Source: Dipteris shenzhenensis
Taxonomy: Eukaryota
Strand: one strand, 5' to 3'
NCBI GenBank assembly: GCA_047967505.1
Contig: CM106538.1
Length of the DNA stretch: 64,000 nt
Both the position numbers and the translations under genes were made by a program. This document shows, in pieces, positions 40,566-54,519 of this stretch. The notes under the pieces were generated by a model. The model was not told the origin of the DNA and did no database searches. It saw nothing but the letters and a program-made list of their open reading frames with translations. How positions within the stretch are numbered: the first letter of the stretch is position 1; every line of letters starts with the position of its first letter.

Positions 40566-43500
40566 TGTAAAGAATGAGGGAGAGAGATAGGAGACTCAAG
40601 TTCAGCTTTCTTCACAACACACAAAAGAGAGAGGACACAAGGTTGGAGGGTGAAGCCTTTCTTCACTTTTGCACACAACAACAATACAATAGAAGAGGGA
40701 AAATACCCTATATGTCAAACCTAGAATACGTGGTTCATATGTGAACCCAAACCAAAAACATACGTGGTAGTCTAACTACACCACGAGTACAACTAACATA
40801 GGCGGTGACATAAATGATAGTCATCCAGGAGATGTATCGGGGGTAGAGCTTGATATCTCAACACTCCCCCTCAAGCTCAAATCCATCTCACGTACACCAA
40901 GCAAGCTCCTAAATCTGCGAAGCTTCTCGGTACCCAATGCCTTCGTAAAAATATCAGCCACCTGCTCCTTAGTGCTGACATAGACAAGATCAACCTCACC
41001 AGCTAGAACCTTCTCTCTCACAAAGTGATAATGCACCTCAATGTGCTTCGTTCTAGCATGATAAACTGGGTTATTAGCAAGCATGATGCTGCTAATGTTG
41101 TCACAATGAATGACAACTGCTGCATGAATTGACTGTCCCATATCTGCAAGTAGCTTCCGTAACCAAGCTACCTCACATGCAGCCATTGCTGCACCCCTGT
41201 ACTCAGCCTCTGTGCTCGACAAGGCAACTGTTGGCTGCTTCTTGCTGCTCCAACTGATGGCACCACTCCCAAGGGAAAACATAAAACCACTAGTAGATCT
41301 CCTGTCTGAGACACTACCAGCCCAGTCAGCATCTGTGTATCCATGTACCTGTAATGCACACCCAGCTTCATAAAACAGTCCATAATGCAATGTGGACTTC
41401 ACATACCGCAGTATGCGCCTAGCCGCATCCAAATGTGGCTTCCTCGGTGCCTGCATAAACTGACTCACCAGCCCCACAGCATAGCTCAAATCTGGTCTGG
41501 TTATAGTCATGTAAATCAAGCTACCTACTATGCGCCTGTACATAGTAATATCTTCAAGAAGCTCACCTGTCTCTGCATTGAGCTTCACATTCTGCTCCAA
41601 TGGAACAGAGATAGGCTTACAGCCTGTCATCCCATATTTGGACAGCATGTCCAAACCGTATTGCCTTTGCAACAGCCATATCCCACTCGGGGATCTAATA
41701 ACCTCAATGCCCAAGAAGTAACGCAGCTCTCCCAAATCCTTCATCTCAAATTTCTGCTTCAACAGCAGCTTCACTTCATTAATGTCTGCATCACTATCAC
41801 CTGTAATAATCAAGTCATCAACATAGATGACTATAAGCACAATCCCTCTGTTTGTCCTTTTCACATAAAGTGAAAAATCTGAATTGGAAATCTGAAATCC
41901 AATAGTGACAAGATATTGCCCTATCTTGTCTGACCATGCCCTCGGCGCCTGTTTTAAGCCATACAAGGCTTTGCGCAACCTGCATACAAAATCGGGATGT
42001 GAATTATCCTCATAACCTTCCGGCTGCATCATATAAACCTCTTCCTGCAAATCACCATGCAAGAAGGCATTTTTCACATCCATCTGATGCAAAGACCATC
42101 CCTTTGCAGCAGCCATAGCAATTACTGCTCTCACGGTTGCCATCCTTGCAACTGGGCTGAAAGTTTCCTCATAGTCAATTCCATATGTCTGTGCAAAACC
42201 TTTGGCAACCAATCTTGCCTTGTACCTGCTAACAGACCCATCAGCATTGTGCTTTACTTTGTAAACCCACTTGCAGCCAATAGCCTTCTTATCATGAGGC
42301 AAAGGCATCAAATCCCAAGTGTGGTTTGCATCCAAGGCAGCCATCTCTTCATCCATAGCTGCTTCCCAATTTTTATGCCCTGCTGCATCCTCAAAACATG
42401 TGGGCTCTGGCTCCTCTAGAACCTTGACCATATAAGCATAGTGATGTGCTGTATACCCATCATATCTCAGCCTGTCAACTGGATACTTAATACGAGTGGA
42501 CCTCCGTACAACTGGATCGGTTGCAGGAGTCTTTAAATCATGCCTGCTTTTCCTTGCACCAGGTGTAACAACAGAAGGAATCCCAAGTTCCTCATCAAGG
42601 CTCATTTCAGAGCCACTTGACTCTCCATCAACATGAGAGGTACCAGCAGACACATCAAACACTGGAGCATGGTCCACTTTTTCTTTTCCCTTATGTGATA
42701 CCTGCACAACACTATCAGGACTGCCATGTGACGATTCACTAGATCTCAATCTCCCTGTCCATGCATTAGATCCACTAGTAGAGGACTCTCTGGGTCCACT
42801 CAAGGCTTGAGATTGCTGCTCTAGATTTATTGCAGCATTCCCATTTCCTGCATCTGCATCTCCTACCATAACAGTTGGTGCATACCAGCTGCTCATTTCA
42901 TCAAAAACAACATCTCTGCTCACTTGCATTTTGCGGGTGGAAGGGTTATAACAGCGATACCCTTTCTGGTGCAGAGCATATCCAATAAAGATGCATTTTT
43001 CTGCCTTTGGATCCAGCTTTGTTCTCTTCTCATCAGGAACATGAACATAAGCTATGCAACCAAATACCTTCAAGTGAGAAATATCTGGTTTTTGGCCTGT
43101 ATACATTTCTTCAGGCGTCATGCCATGGACAGCTGCAGTGGGGGTTCTGTTCATAATATAAACAGCAGTTGCTACTGCTTCAGCCCAAAAATAATCAGGC
43201 ATGTTTTTCTCATTTAGGATCGCCCGTCCTACTTCTGCAATATGCCTGTTCTTCCTTTCCGCAACCCCATTCTGCTGAGGGGTAGACCTGCATGAGTACT
43301 TCCTTTCAATTCCCTGTTCTTTCAGATATTCACAAAATTCTTCTGAAAAGTACTCTCCCCCTCCATCAGATCTTAGCACTTTAATATGCACACCTTTCTC
43401 TTTTTCAACCATGGCCTTAAAAGCCTTGAAATGGCTGAACACTTCACTTTTGTGCTTCATAAAATAAATCCACACCTTCCTAGTGTAGTCATCAATAAAC

Positions 43501-46051
43501 GTCACATAATAATGGCATCCACCAATAGAAGCAATTTTGGTTGTCCAAACATCTGAATGGATCACTTCCAAAGGTCTTCTGCTCACCTTAGCATTTTTGG
43601 GAAATGCATGTCTGGCCTGCTTACCCATTTGGCATGCTTCACATACCTTTTGCATTCCCTCAACTCTGAATTTAGGCAAACCTGCAACAATGTTTTTCGT
43701 TTGCATAGATTTCAGCCTTTGTATATTCACATGCCCAATGCGCTTGTGCCATATCTCAATATCTGCAATGACACCTCTCCCATGCGCAAACATAGCAGCT
43801 TTTACCTCAGGCATATCAACATCCAAGGTGAACATTCTGCCATTTTTGTTGCCTTCCGCAACCAAGCGGCACTTATTTTTCAAGTCCTCAACAAAACATC
43901 CATCAGGATTAAATCTAACCTGCAGACCTTGCTCAACCATCTGGCCAACTGAAACCAGGTTCTTAGTGATTTTTGGAACATGAAGTACATCTGCCAAGTA
44001 CTTTGTTTTGCCATCCTGCATAGCCAATGGCACTTTACCAACCTGCGTAATTGGGTGCGTAGTATCATCACCTGTTTCAACATAACCTGGCTTATCCAAA
44101 TTTCTAACATCATGAAACCACTCACCATGACTAGTCATGTGGTTAGAGGCACCTGAATCAACATACCAAACATCATTGCAAGCTGCAGCATCTCCTGACA
44201 TGGAGTTAACCATATGCTGCATCACAAAAAGGTGCTCATTTCTGTCGTCACCATGCCCACTTGATGATGCATAGTTGCTTTGCTGCAACTTCCCACTTTT
44301 GATGTCATTCTATTTTTTATAGCATGTATTCTCCTTGTGTCCAGGCTTTCCACAATAATAGCATTCTGTGCTGCTATTTACTTGCTGGTTCCTTTGCCAT
44401 GAACCACGGCCTCTTTGGCTCCCCCTGCCTCTAGAACTACCACATCCTCCTCCATAGGACTGGTTTTCCTGTTGTTGCTGTTGGTTCTGATTTCCTGCAC
44501 GGCCACCAAAACGGCCTCTTCCTCTACCCCTGCCTCTACCTGTATTCGAGTAGAAAGCAGTCTCTTGAGAAGTTGAGGTGGCTGAACCACCATTCCTTTG
44601 CTCTTCACTCAGCAAGAGAGCAATAAGTTCCTGAAAATCAAGAAATGTTTCACGGACTCCAATGGATGTCCGAAATTGTGCATAATCTTTCCCAAGACCA
44701 TTCAAGGTCACGGACACTAAGTCCTCATCATCAACAGGTGCTCCAATGGAGGCAAGAGAATCTGCAAGGCCTTTCACCTTCAAGGAATACTCATTTATAT
44801 TCAGATTTTTCCTTTGCACATTGTGCAACTCCTGCTTTAGCTGCATCTTTCGTGCTTTGGTATTTGTGCTATATAGCTTCACCAATGTGTCCCATGCCTC
44901 CTTAGGCGTCTCTACATCCTGTATATGCACAATCATAGAATCTGAAATGCTAACAGACAGCCAATACAGGCATTTTCTGGCTTTTTCATGCCATTCTTTA
45001 AAGGCCTTCAATTCAGCAGGAGTAGGAGCAGCACCCAAAACTGGTTCTGTAGTTTCACCACTGATGTAATCCCAAACTCCCTTTCCCATAAGGAAGTTTG
45101 TCATCCTGAACTTCCATGCTTGGAAGTTGTTCTTATCAAGCTTCTCACTGACAATGGTAGACAGATTCTCAGACATTTTACAAATCACGAATTGCAACAG
45201 CAACCTGTAAACACAGCAAATGCCTCACAAGGGCAAATAGCAAAACTTCTGCGAAAAGCCTCACAGGGGCAGATCTGCAACACTGACGAAAGTGGTATTT
45301 CATCACACAGTCACTTCCTAGTGACGATTTTGCATCAACAGGCAATAGGCATGAATCTGCAACTCCCAATATCTCTGCACACAGGCATATGATGCAATTT
45401 CTATGGCACTTTTCCACCGACTAGCCGCGCGGTGGTCGCACAGCAAAAACAGGGCCTTTTTCTGAGTGCCTGCGAAGAACTTGCGGCTTCAAAACGGGCC
45501 CCGAAACGGCCTCAAATCAAAAAACTAAAGTCACCAAGGGCTTCGCCCGCTCCCGCAGCATATACTGCGCTCTCGCCACACCGCGAAGGGCCTCTCAATC
45601 TGAAACAGTGCACTCCTACACTTCTGGCTGTGCTACCTGCAGAGATTTGCTCCCAAACTCGAAATAGGAAAGCAACACTGGTCCTCTTACCAGGACACCA
45701 CAAACTTGGCTTGCTTTCTTGAGCTCCTTACCTCGAACAAGGCTCTGATACCATGTAAAGAATGAGGGAGAGAGATAGGAGACTCAAGTTCAGCTTTCTT
45801 CACAACACACAAAAGAGAGAGGACACAAGGTTGGAGGGTGAAGCCTTTCTTCACTTTTGCACACAACAACAATACAATAGAAGAGGGAAAATACCCTATA
45901 TGTCAAACCTAGAATACGTGGTTCATATGTGAACCCAAACCAAAAACATACGTGGTAGTCTAACTACACCACGAGTACAACTAACATAGGCGGTGACATA
46001 AATGATAGTCATCCAGGAGATGTATCGGGGGTAGAGCTTGATATCTCAACA
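40566..46051 (-). mobile_element. Complete young copia element (family D). LTRs 40566-40863 and 45754-46051, TSD GCTAC
   Basis: 298 bp LTRs with no difference seen by eye; GCTAC at 40561-40565 and 46052-46056; PBS at 45742-45753; PPT next to 40864. Confidence 0.97.
40821..45176 (-). CDS. Copia D gag-pol polyprotein, open except for one in-frame TAG at 44310-44312
   Basis: MSENLSTIVSEKLDKNN...CYYCGKPGHKENTC, then the 1155 aa frame with protease, integrase, RT (YVDDL) and RNase H running into the 3' LTR. Confidence 0.92.
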
Positions 46052-48153
46052 GCTACAGCCCACTTCTTCACTCTCAAGGTGGGTATCCATCTGAGTTGGT
46101 TTGCCCTTTTTCTTCTTTGGTCTTTTCTTTTTCTTTTCCACCTTTTTCCATCCTTCCTCCCTTGGTGGGGTAGAAGTGTGGTAGGTGGAATCCAGTGCGG
46201 CAAGTTGGGCCAGGCTGGGGGTAGTGAAGGGCTTTGATCTGGTGAAACGTGGGCAAGACCGTGCTTGGTGTCCAAAACCATGGCATCTCAAGCACTGGTT
46301 AGGAAGGCCTGTGACTATAAGACTGTGTCACAATGCTTGCATCCGTCATGATCTCGAGATGATCTCTAGCTCTAAAGAAATACTATGCGGGTTTAAGATT
46401 GCTACTCTAACTCAAGGGACTCCCAGGGCAGCCACCACATCTACAAACGTATCTTGCATGACCCACCCAAAATGTGCCCCCAAGTCTTTGACAATAGGGC
46501 GTAGCTCCGCTGTGAGACTTGGGAACTATAACGTGACTGGATGGTGAGGTATGTGGAAGCGCTCGTCAAAGTTAGCTGCGCTGAAGCCCCTATACCACGG
46601 GACTAGGTTGATGATGAGTCTTCCATCCACGGCAATCGGAGAGCGGTCTAGGAAGGCTCTTGTGGCTCTCGGGTGGGAAAGTCAAAGCCAAATGATGCCG
46701 CAGCCCATGAGGGCAACATCCTCTATGTGACTATCCTCCAGAAGCAAGGTCTCTTGGAGCCAATCCCGTACCTCTGCTTGTGAAGGGAAGTACCCTATGA
46801 CCTGCCCATGGTGGTTTGTTGCTCTGTCAGAATTACTCGATAAGATTTGGATGTAGGGGGGTCCTACTGGGCCACCGGTTCCTAGTTGGGAGCTGCCATA
46901 TCGAGGGGTGACTTACTGCTAGCTCTCGCAAGAGGGAAGGGATTGAAGCCGTGAGGAGAAGAGGTGATGAAGGCGATGGCTCAATCCAGAGATGAAGGGG
47001 CTGAGTCACTGCCTACCTGTAGGCATGCTGGTAACAACCCGCTACGAGTAGGGACGCCTACCAGGAGTTGCCCACAAGTCACGAGTCCTTGCGCAACAAC
47101 CTATCAGTGTGCAGATCTGTTCTCACATGAGCAAGCCACTTCATAGCTGAACATGAGTAGGAGGTGCACGAAGTTTGATCACACAGGTAGACACCCTGCG
47201 CAAGTTGGGCACGCTCAGGCCAAGAACAGAAACGTAAGCTAGTCACTAGCGAAGAGCTTAACAGGGGACGCGCAAAGTGGTCTGTCTGGTCATGCAGATA
47301 GACACCCTGCACAATCTGGGAACTTCAAGCCAAGGGCAGATTTGCACAGACCTTGACGAGGGTGAAACTGTCGATTACAAACAGACTGGAGGGCAAAACT
47401 GTCAATGACGAGCAGAATGGCGAAACTGTCAATGACGAGCAGAATGGTGGGCAAAACTGTCAACGACAAACAGAATGGCGGGGCTGAGCAGGTGATGCAC
47501 AGAGGGGTGGCGAGGCGGAAGCTGGAGCCTACTGGAGCAGGTGACAGTTGGAGGGTCGCGTTCAGAGGGGTGGCACGATGAGGAGGAGGAGATAAGGTAG
47601 ATGGGGTAGGGAGGAGAGCGGGAGCATGAGCAGGAGCTATACTATATACATACTTGTACATGTAGATGCTAATTGGATCTAGATACTAAATATAGACTAG
47701 ATCTAGATCCTAACTACTCATCTATTGACCTCTGATCTACTGATCAACTAACTAGTTAGTATACATTCATTAATAGACAATTAGTATAGTTCATTACTAA
47801 TTACTAACTAATCAGTAGTTGAATACAATGTATACAGTTTACTGACTATCTATTACTGAATAATTGTATACTGAATAGAATAGAATGTAGTTACTCTTCC
47901 TCGTGGTTGAGCCTTCCCTTCATTGCTCTACTTTGTGTGTAGTGGGCGGCAATGTTGGCGGGAAACTGTAGCTTCTGATGGGCTCTAATGGCAACCCAAC
48001 AGGCTGAAATTCAGATGGGTCATCACATGTGAAACATTGCCAACCAAGTGACCTACTGCTCCAATTCTATGGCCTAGAATATGCCCTTTCTGTTAGAGTT
48101 AGCTCAAATGTCCACCTCTCATGTAACCCACCAATATTCTGTGTACCCAATGT

Positions 48154-48633
48154 TGTAAGGCCCCCATATGAGGAGAAGCCATGATGGGTATCAGATATTG
48201 GGAGGGATCCCCAGTTTAGACACTGGAAGGGGTCTTAGAGTAGACCAGATGGTTATGAGACGGCTTAGGAGCCAAGAGTAGATACCCATCTGCACAAAGG
48301 GGGGGTTCGGGGGGGCATGTTTTCTGAAGGGTCGGTTGGTCTTCCAGGCCGACTGTCTAGGCCGACTGCCTTATTACAGGGCCGACCGTCAACCACTTAC
48401 ACTATATAAGTGGCCACCCCCTATCATCAGATCACCAGTTCTTCACGCTCATAGTCCTCCGTCCAGCATCTGTCTAGATCACCATCGAAGCTCTGTCTGT
48501 AGAGTGCACGGGTGGACAGCCAACCATCAGTTGTATCAGCAGTTTGGTATATCAGAATTTTTGTATTCTCTCCAGCTTTCCATCGTGTACTTGCGTTTTG
48601 TTGTTATCTTCCGCTGCGTACTATTTTCTTACA
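48154..48633 (+). repeat. Solo LTR related to copia family A
   Basis: Starts TGTAAGGCCCCCATATGAGGAGAAG and ends TTTTCTTACA, like LTR A; CTATATAAG TATA box. No matching TSD (AATGT vs CTTTC). Confidence 0.75.
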
Positions 48634-51039
48634 CTTTCTACTAGTCATATGCTCAGCTAAGCCCTGCTACCTGACATAATTCCCTACTGCACTTGGTGAC
48701 AACTCTGCTATTCCAGCTGACCATTATTGCTTGTACTTGCTTTTGAATCCCAGCCCAATCAAACCCTGGACAAACTAGAACTTAGTTAGTAGTAACATGA
48801 ACATGAACAAAAACAAGCTGAGAACATATGCAAGCTACCATGATCCACCCGGGCCTTGCTAGAGTTGAGGCTCCCACAAGCATGTTCCTATATAACTCTA
48901 GCATACCATTCCACCAGAGCCCATCCCCAAGGATCATCCTAAAACCACCACACACATTGTTTCTTTCAAGTCTCACCATTTATGACAATTCTGGCTTATT
49001 TATTCATAAGCACCATAGGATTATTTCCATGCTTGAATTTTCTACAGTATTATCAGTGAACTCAGCCAAAGACATCTACCTTGTCAATTCAAGCTTCTAG
49101 TTCAACTCATTTTAAGATGATTTCCTGGCCTAAGAGTTGGTTGTTTGTCCTCCATTATTTGCTGGCTCCAGCAAAATGTATTGGGCTGTGCGTGTTTCTT
49201 GCTTGTGTGGGGTTGAATGGGTTGTTTTTTTGTAGCTTCAACAGTTCAAAATGCAACCCTCAGTCCAAGCCAAACCATCTAGTGGTGTCAATACACTAAA
49301 CTCCTGCAATAATCTATAGCCACGCTCTTATAAAGAGTAGAAAAGCATAAGCATGCCACTCAGAAAGAAGCCTTATAACCCTACATTGCTAACCACTGCT
49401 TTTATTGATACATTACCCTTGTAGTGCCAATGTCTTGGTGCACAAGGTGTGATGTCAATCACCAAATGGGAATAAGCTTAAACCTTTTTGAAAAGCTAAC
49501 TTTTCTCGAGTTGTGCCTTGGTGAAGACATCAACAAAATGCAAAGGAAGACCCACCATGCCTGAAACCATGCAGTACAAAAAGAATCTTCCCTTTGGAAT
49601 GTTCTAGGCATTGGCCTACAAAAAGATGTACATTTCCATGTTGATGGTTGGAGATAAAAGGTAAGGGAAGATGTAAGCCAGTCAAATAAGAGGAAAGCTT
49701 AGGAAGTATGCTTTAATGAAATCTTTTCACAACAAGCCATGTATAACGCTTTTCCAAAGGATAAACTAGAAACATACTTTACCAGAGAGCATAAAACATG
49801 ATGTGCACTAAAAATCATCAATTCAATAGCTTTGCTGATGTCAGATCTCAACTAAACTTCCATCTTACAAGGATAACTTGCCTCTTTTATGCATTTAGGT
49901 CCATTGAAAGTTATCTTGCCCATTGCAGGATTGACAGGGTACCAAACCTGAAGACATTGTGGAAACAATTGTTGGACAGGAAATTTTCTATCCTTGGAAA
50001 AAAGATTGTTGGACGTGGGTGCAACATTTGTAAGAAAAGATGGTGGCAGCAACACAGACGCTTATAGAGTCCTCACATCCTGGTCTGATACCAACTGAAA
50101 GGAAATTAACAATTAACACAGTATGTAGAAATTGTGATGCAAGAGTATCGACAAAACACTACTCAAGGATTCTGATTCAATCAACTCATGCCTACTGGCC
50201 TTGCTCTATTCGGAAACTCTAACTCTCTGCACTATTGATTGTGAAGAACCTCAACTATGAAACTGATATAACTAAGCATCACCATAAAAGGGCTACAGAA
50301 TACGTGCGGTATATCCATGACAGTAGGCTCTCATCCTCGGCGATTGACTCACTTATCCTCTACTGTGTGTCCAGAGGTATAATTGACGAAACTAATCACT
50401 ATCATCCCATGCTCAAATTCACTACTATCATCCAGAATTTCACTGCCAAGGTAACCTTGCTGTATAGAGTCAATCAGTCCACCACATAACTCCTACTTGG
50501 CTTACATGCAAGGGGCCACATAGATAATCATCACCACCAGGAAAAAGCACCTTCGAAGATCATATTTCCAACACACTGTACTTCACAAGGATTAAAATCT
50601 TTTGAGGTCTGCTGATATGAAGAAAATCAAGACTAAATTTCTACCCAAACCGCTGATCCCAACTCACTTTCAGCATTTCAACCTCCTGGTCTAAGTCTGC
50701 CTCACCTTATATTTCAAGTAAGAGGACTAAATGCTACCATTACAATGCTCCCACAAGAACACTTTCTGTTATGGAAACGTAAAAGCAATTTGTATCTCTG
50801 ACATAAATAGGTCACTGCTCTACTTTGGATATAAGTGATCTAGCTGTGGATCACAGTCTGCAAACTTGAAGATTTTTTACATGTATGGGGAGTTGCACTC
50901 GGCTAATAGAACTCAGATTCCTTTAGATCATCAAACATTTTCTGACACAGACATTGCAAGTCTGATACATATCATTCTTCATCAAAACTTGATTTCTGCT
51001 TGGAATTGCATTGGGAGAAAGTGTTTTCATCATCTTGAC

Positions 51040-51330
51040 ATGACCCTGACTGCAGCAAAGAATTGGTCAATGCTGGAGGCTGTCTTCAGAGTCCAAATGA
51101 AGCACTCAAAGGTGTCACTAAAGGATGAATTGTACACCCTGCAAACGGATGAAACTGAGAACCTTGGAACATTTCTTAATCGAATGCAGTCCCTATTGAA
51201 GCAACTTGAAGAACTGGGGTCGAAGGCAGATGAAGATGATAGGAAAGCCATATTGTTGAAGAGTTTGCCCCCGAGGTATAGAGACACAGTGAGAATCCTA
51301 AGATTGGATGATGATACTGACTATGTTGAT
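51040..51330 (+). pseudogene. Copia-type gag (UBN2-like) fragment
   Basis: LKDELYTLQ...FLNRMQSLLKQLEELG...AILLKSLPPRY. Confidence 0.7.
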
Positions 51331-51339
51331 TCATGTAGA

Positions 51340-51950
51340 GCTCGTACATTTTTTTGGGCCTCTTGCCTGCACCACTGAGAACTCCTCCCTCCTCCCCTTG
51401 TCGTCAAACTACTTCCCCCTCTCTCTCTCCCCTGCGAGCTCCTGTGCACCGTTGCACCCCCCCTCGGGCCATTGTTTCCTCTTCTCCCCTCTCGCCATCG
51501 TTCCTCATCTCCTTCTCCCCCTTGTCATGCACCTCGTGGACCTGCAGTTGAAACAGTTTTTGCCCCCCATGCGCTATTGCTGCTCCTGAATCCCGTGCTT
51601 CTGCTTGCACCTGATCTTGCCCATGGCTTCTCCTACCCAGCACGATTGTGGACTGTCGGGCATAAAGTGGCCTTGCTGCATTCTGCTTGCACATATATTC
51701 AGTGTGCTGCCTTCTTCCAGACTTGACAATGTGCGAGGGTGGCAAACAGGACATTAGTGACCTTCGCCTCCACCTTTTCCCCCATCCCTCAGGCTGAGCC
51801 ACCTTCATCTCTGTCCTCTCTCTTCGCAGTATCAGCCTCTTCTCCTCCCGTGTGAGCTTCCAGTTCATCTACTTTGATATGGTGGCTTCTAGCCAGGAAC
51901 CAGTGGCCCAGCAGGTCCCCCCCCCTCCAAAGCCTATCGAGTCACCTTGA
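51340..51950 (+). mobile_element. Second LINE 5' fragment related to 46850-47640 (opposite orientation)
   Basis: GATATGGTGGCTTCTAGCCAGGAACCAGTGGCCCAGCAGG (ATG 51879) matches the reverse complement of the sequence around 46860-46905. Confidence 0.55.
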
Positions 51951-54519
51951 CAAGACCATTTTATTTGTACTCGAAAGTTGTTGATGCATAAAATATTAAT
52001 TATAATATTCACGAATCTTTCCTATTTTTTCTACTTCTTTCTATGTAACATTGGACCTCATCTCATTGGTTGAGAACCTATCTTTCCAAACCCTTAAAGG
52101 CCCCAAAATGAGCTCCAACTAACCATTAGTCAGTTGGAGGAAGACTTGCCAATTGTTTGGTTGATACACACTTGATGTTACTTATATGTATGAAACTTGC
52201 CAATTTTTAGATTCCAATGCGTAGACTATAAGGGCTGGCTTCCCTTCATTATTTGGCATCTTTTTACTTCATCTCCTTCAGCCCCACATCTCCTTATGGG
52301 TGGGTGCTACCCTCCCAAACTAGCCTTAGATTTGCCATCTTTGGACTCTCATAAAGTAGCCATTTATGGCCAACCGTCTTCTCCACTCATGGCTCTCCAT
52401 TGGCTACACAATCCTCTCCAATGCAGAGTAGCAATAGTCAACATCAGAGGTGCATCACTTAGAATAGATCTAGGGTTGTCATTTTGAGCTATGTGGCCAG
52501 CGGCCACAGCTCTTTTGAAGGGTGGTTAAGCTTTTCTAAGTAACCCCTATGTAAAAAATGCAAAAACACCAAAAATTAACTTGTCTACAAAAGTAGAGTA
52601 CTTGAGATTTGATATTATATCTCCAAATAGGCAAAAAGAGGAGGTTAATGTAATAGAGTGTTCCTATAAATTATTGAGAACATGATAGCACTGCACTCAC
52701 TCATGGAACAACCAATTACAAAAATACCCAAAGGAATTAGTTTTGAGATTACGTGAGATGAAATATTCACAAATTGATGAACTAGATGTAAGCAAAAAAA
52801 AAGCTACTCATGTCAATGTGAAAGGCACACAAAGTTACTCAACACATGGGAAAAGATATAGTGATACAAGGAGGGCTTTATATTACGTGGGGAGAGAAAT
52901 CACACAAGGCATACCTAAATCTGAAATCGCACAAGGCATACGTGAATGTGTCGGCTATCAGATGTGGAACTCGTTTCTCCCTCGTAGAGTCATGCTACAA
53001 CTTACAAGATTGCTTTTGCCGTCTCCATAGTTTTTGAAGGATAATAAAAAAGTGACGTTTTACCGTTTTATGTTTGCAAGTCTTCATTCTACATTTTCAA
53101 GTCTTCAAGCTTATGTAGAAGGTAGGGATCTGCAAGAGCAATTAGATGTTAGTTGATATCAAATGTCATTTATGAGTCGCTCCATGACGTAAGCAAACAT
53201 AGCAACTACCTCTCATAGGCATCAAAATGTAATTTACTCACAACATTTAGTGCAGGAATAGATCTAGGCAATGAGATAGCATTTGTTTCAATACTTCACT
53301 TGGATGGAAATCCAAAAAATGGAGAGGCGAGGCCAGCAACAACAGAAGCCGCACGAAGTTTTTATAGAATGTAGACATCAATACCATCAGTGATTCAGCA
53401 TGTTACTTGGAACCTGAGAAGCAAGGCAATAGTGCATTGGCCAAGCCACCCAGGCGAATGCATGACAAATACATCTAAGCAAGGAGAGAGAGTCGGGCGA
53501 ACTTCTTCGTGAAAGGGGAGAAAGTAGAAAAGGGCGGGCGATTTAACACATCCATGTTTTTAACTAAATGTAAGTTTTTTGGGCTAATTTTTTTACATTC
53601 TTTTACATGCAAAATAGCCCACCCACTTTTTTAATTGCTTTAAATTCGCCTTTGGGCTATAATTCGCCCTTAAAATTTACCTTGTTTCTAAGCCCTCGTT
53701 AAGCCATGTGTCGTGATTATAGGCATTGATCTTTATGAAGATCCAAGGGTTTGAAACGTGCTTTCTAGAAAAGCAAAACTTTTGTGAGCTCTCCTTAAGC
53801 CATGTGTACAATTTTAGGCCTTTGATTTTAGATTGATCTAAAGGACTAAAACACTCCTTCCAAATTTGACCCAAAAGCATACTTTTTTATTCATTCTTCC
53901 CACAAATCAATTATATAAGGAGGGAGATAATTGCATATTTTCTTTGTTTCCATCACTTGATTGCATAATTGTTGGACAAAGCTCATGACCTTGCTATTGA
54001 AACTCCAATTGGATAATAATGAGGATTTAGGTCTAATTTAGAGTTAGAGCCATGACGGAAAGGCTGCCTACTGCAACCTAGTTTGCCTTTTTGATCTTGC
54101 ATAGGCCTAATGAATGATTAAATATCATTCACCTTGTTTTTTTGTTGCTACTCCTAACATGACCTATACATAAAAACGACCAATGATATACCAATAAAAA
54201 GTTTGTTTCACATGAAACCCTCATGAAACCTTGGGTCCAATGAGACTATGAGGAAAACTTAAATTGGATATAATATTTGCATATACGAAATCCATGTGTT
54301 AGTGCAACATGTGGTATACAAAATACCATCACTCCAGACTTCAATGGCAAATGTATTTCTTCAGCAGCTGCAATATAGCGAAGGGTCCCTTAGGTGATAA
54401 GTCGACGCACACTCAAAGGAAGGAGTAGAGAAGAGGGCCCACAAGCAACAGTAAAAATTGAGGATGCAACCACTGGCATAGCAGATGTGGTGTACAAAAT
54501 TAACTTCTATTATGTGAAT

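Larger units (their letters stand above)
40370..47640 (-). mobile_element. LINE (L1-like) 5' UTR and ORF1 remnant, interrupted by copia D
   Basis: Putative ATG at 46899 and CCHC knuckle CLRCHGFGHQARSC (~46290). The frame ...ESEEVGCS continues as SRQWQFGKGKEK... across the GCTAC target site. No ORF2 seen. Confidence 0.65.

Noticed and set aside
41385-43983. Plus-strand ORFs of 100-160 aa within copia D (and similar antisense ORFs in other copias and OPR)
   Set aside because: Antisense shadows of long coding frames, with no recognisable motifs.
44310-44312. Programmed stop-codon read-through between gag and pol
   Set aside because: The related family B has CAG at this codon and there is no CARYYA read-through context. 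A C-to-T nonsense mutation is simpler.
48650-50900. Possible LINE ORF2 or host gene remnants (also 27750-30250 and 52150-54500)
   Set aside because: Short ORFs with no motif I can support; left unannotated.
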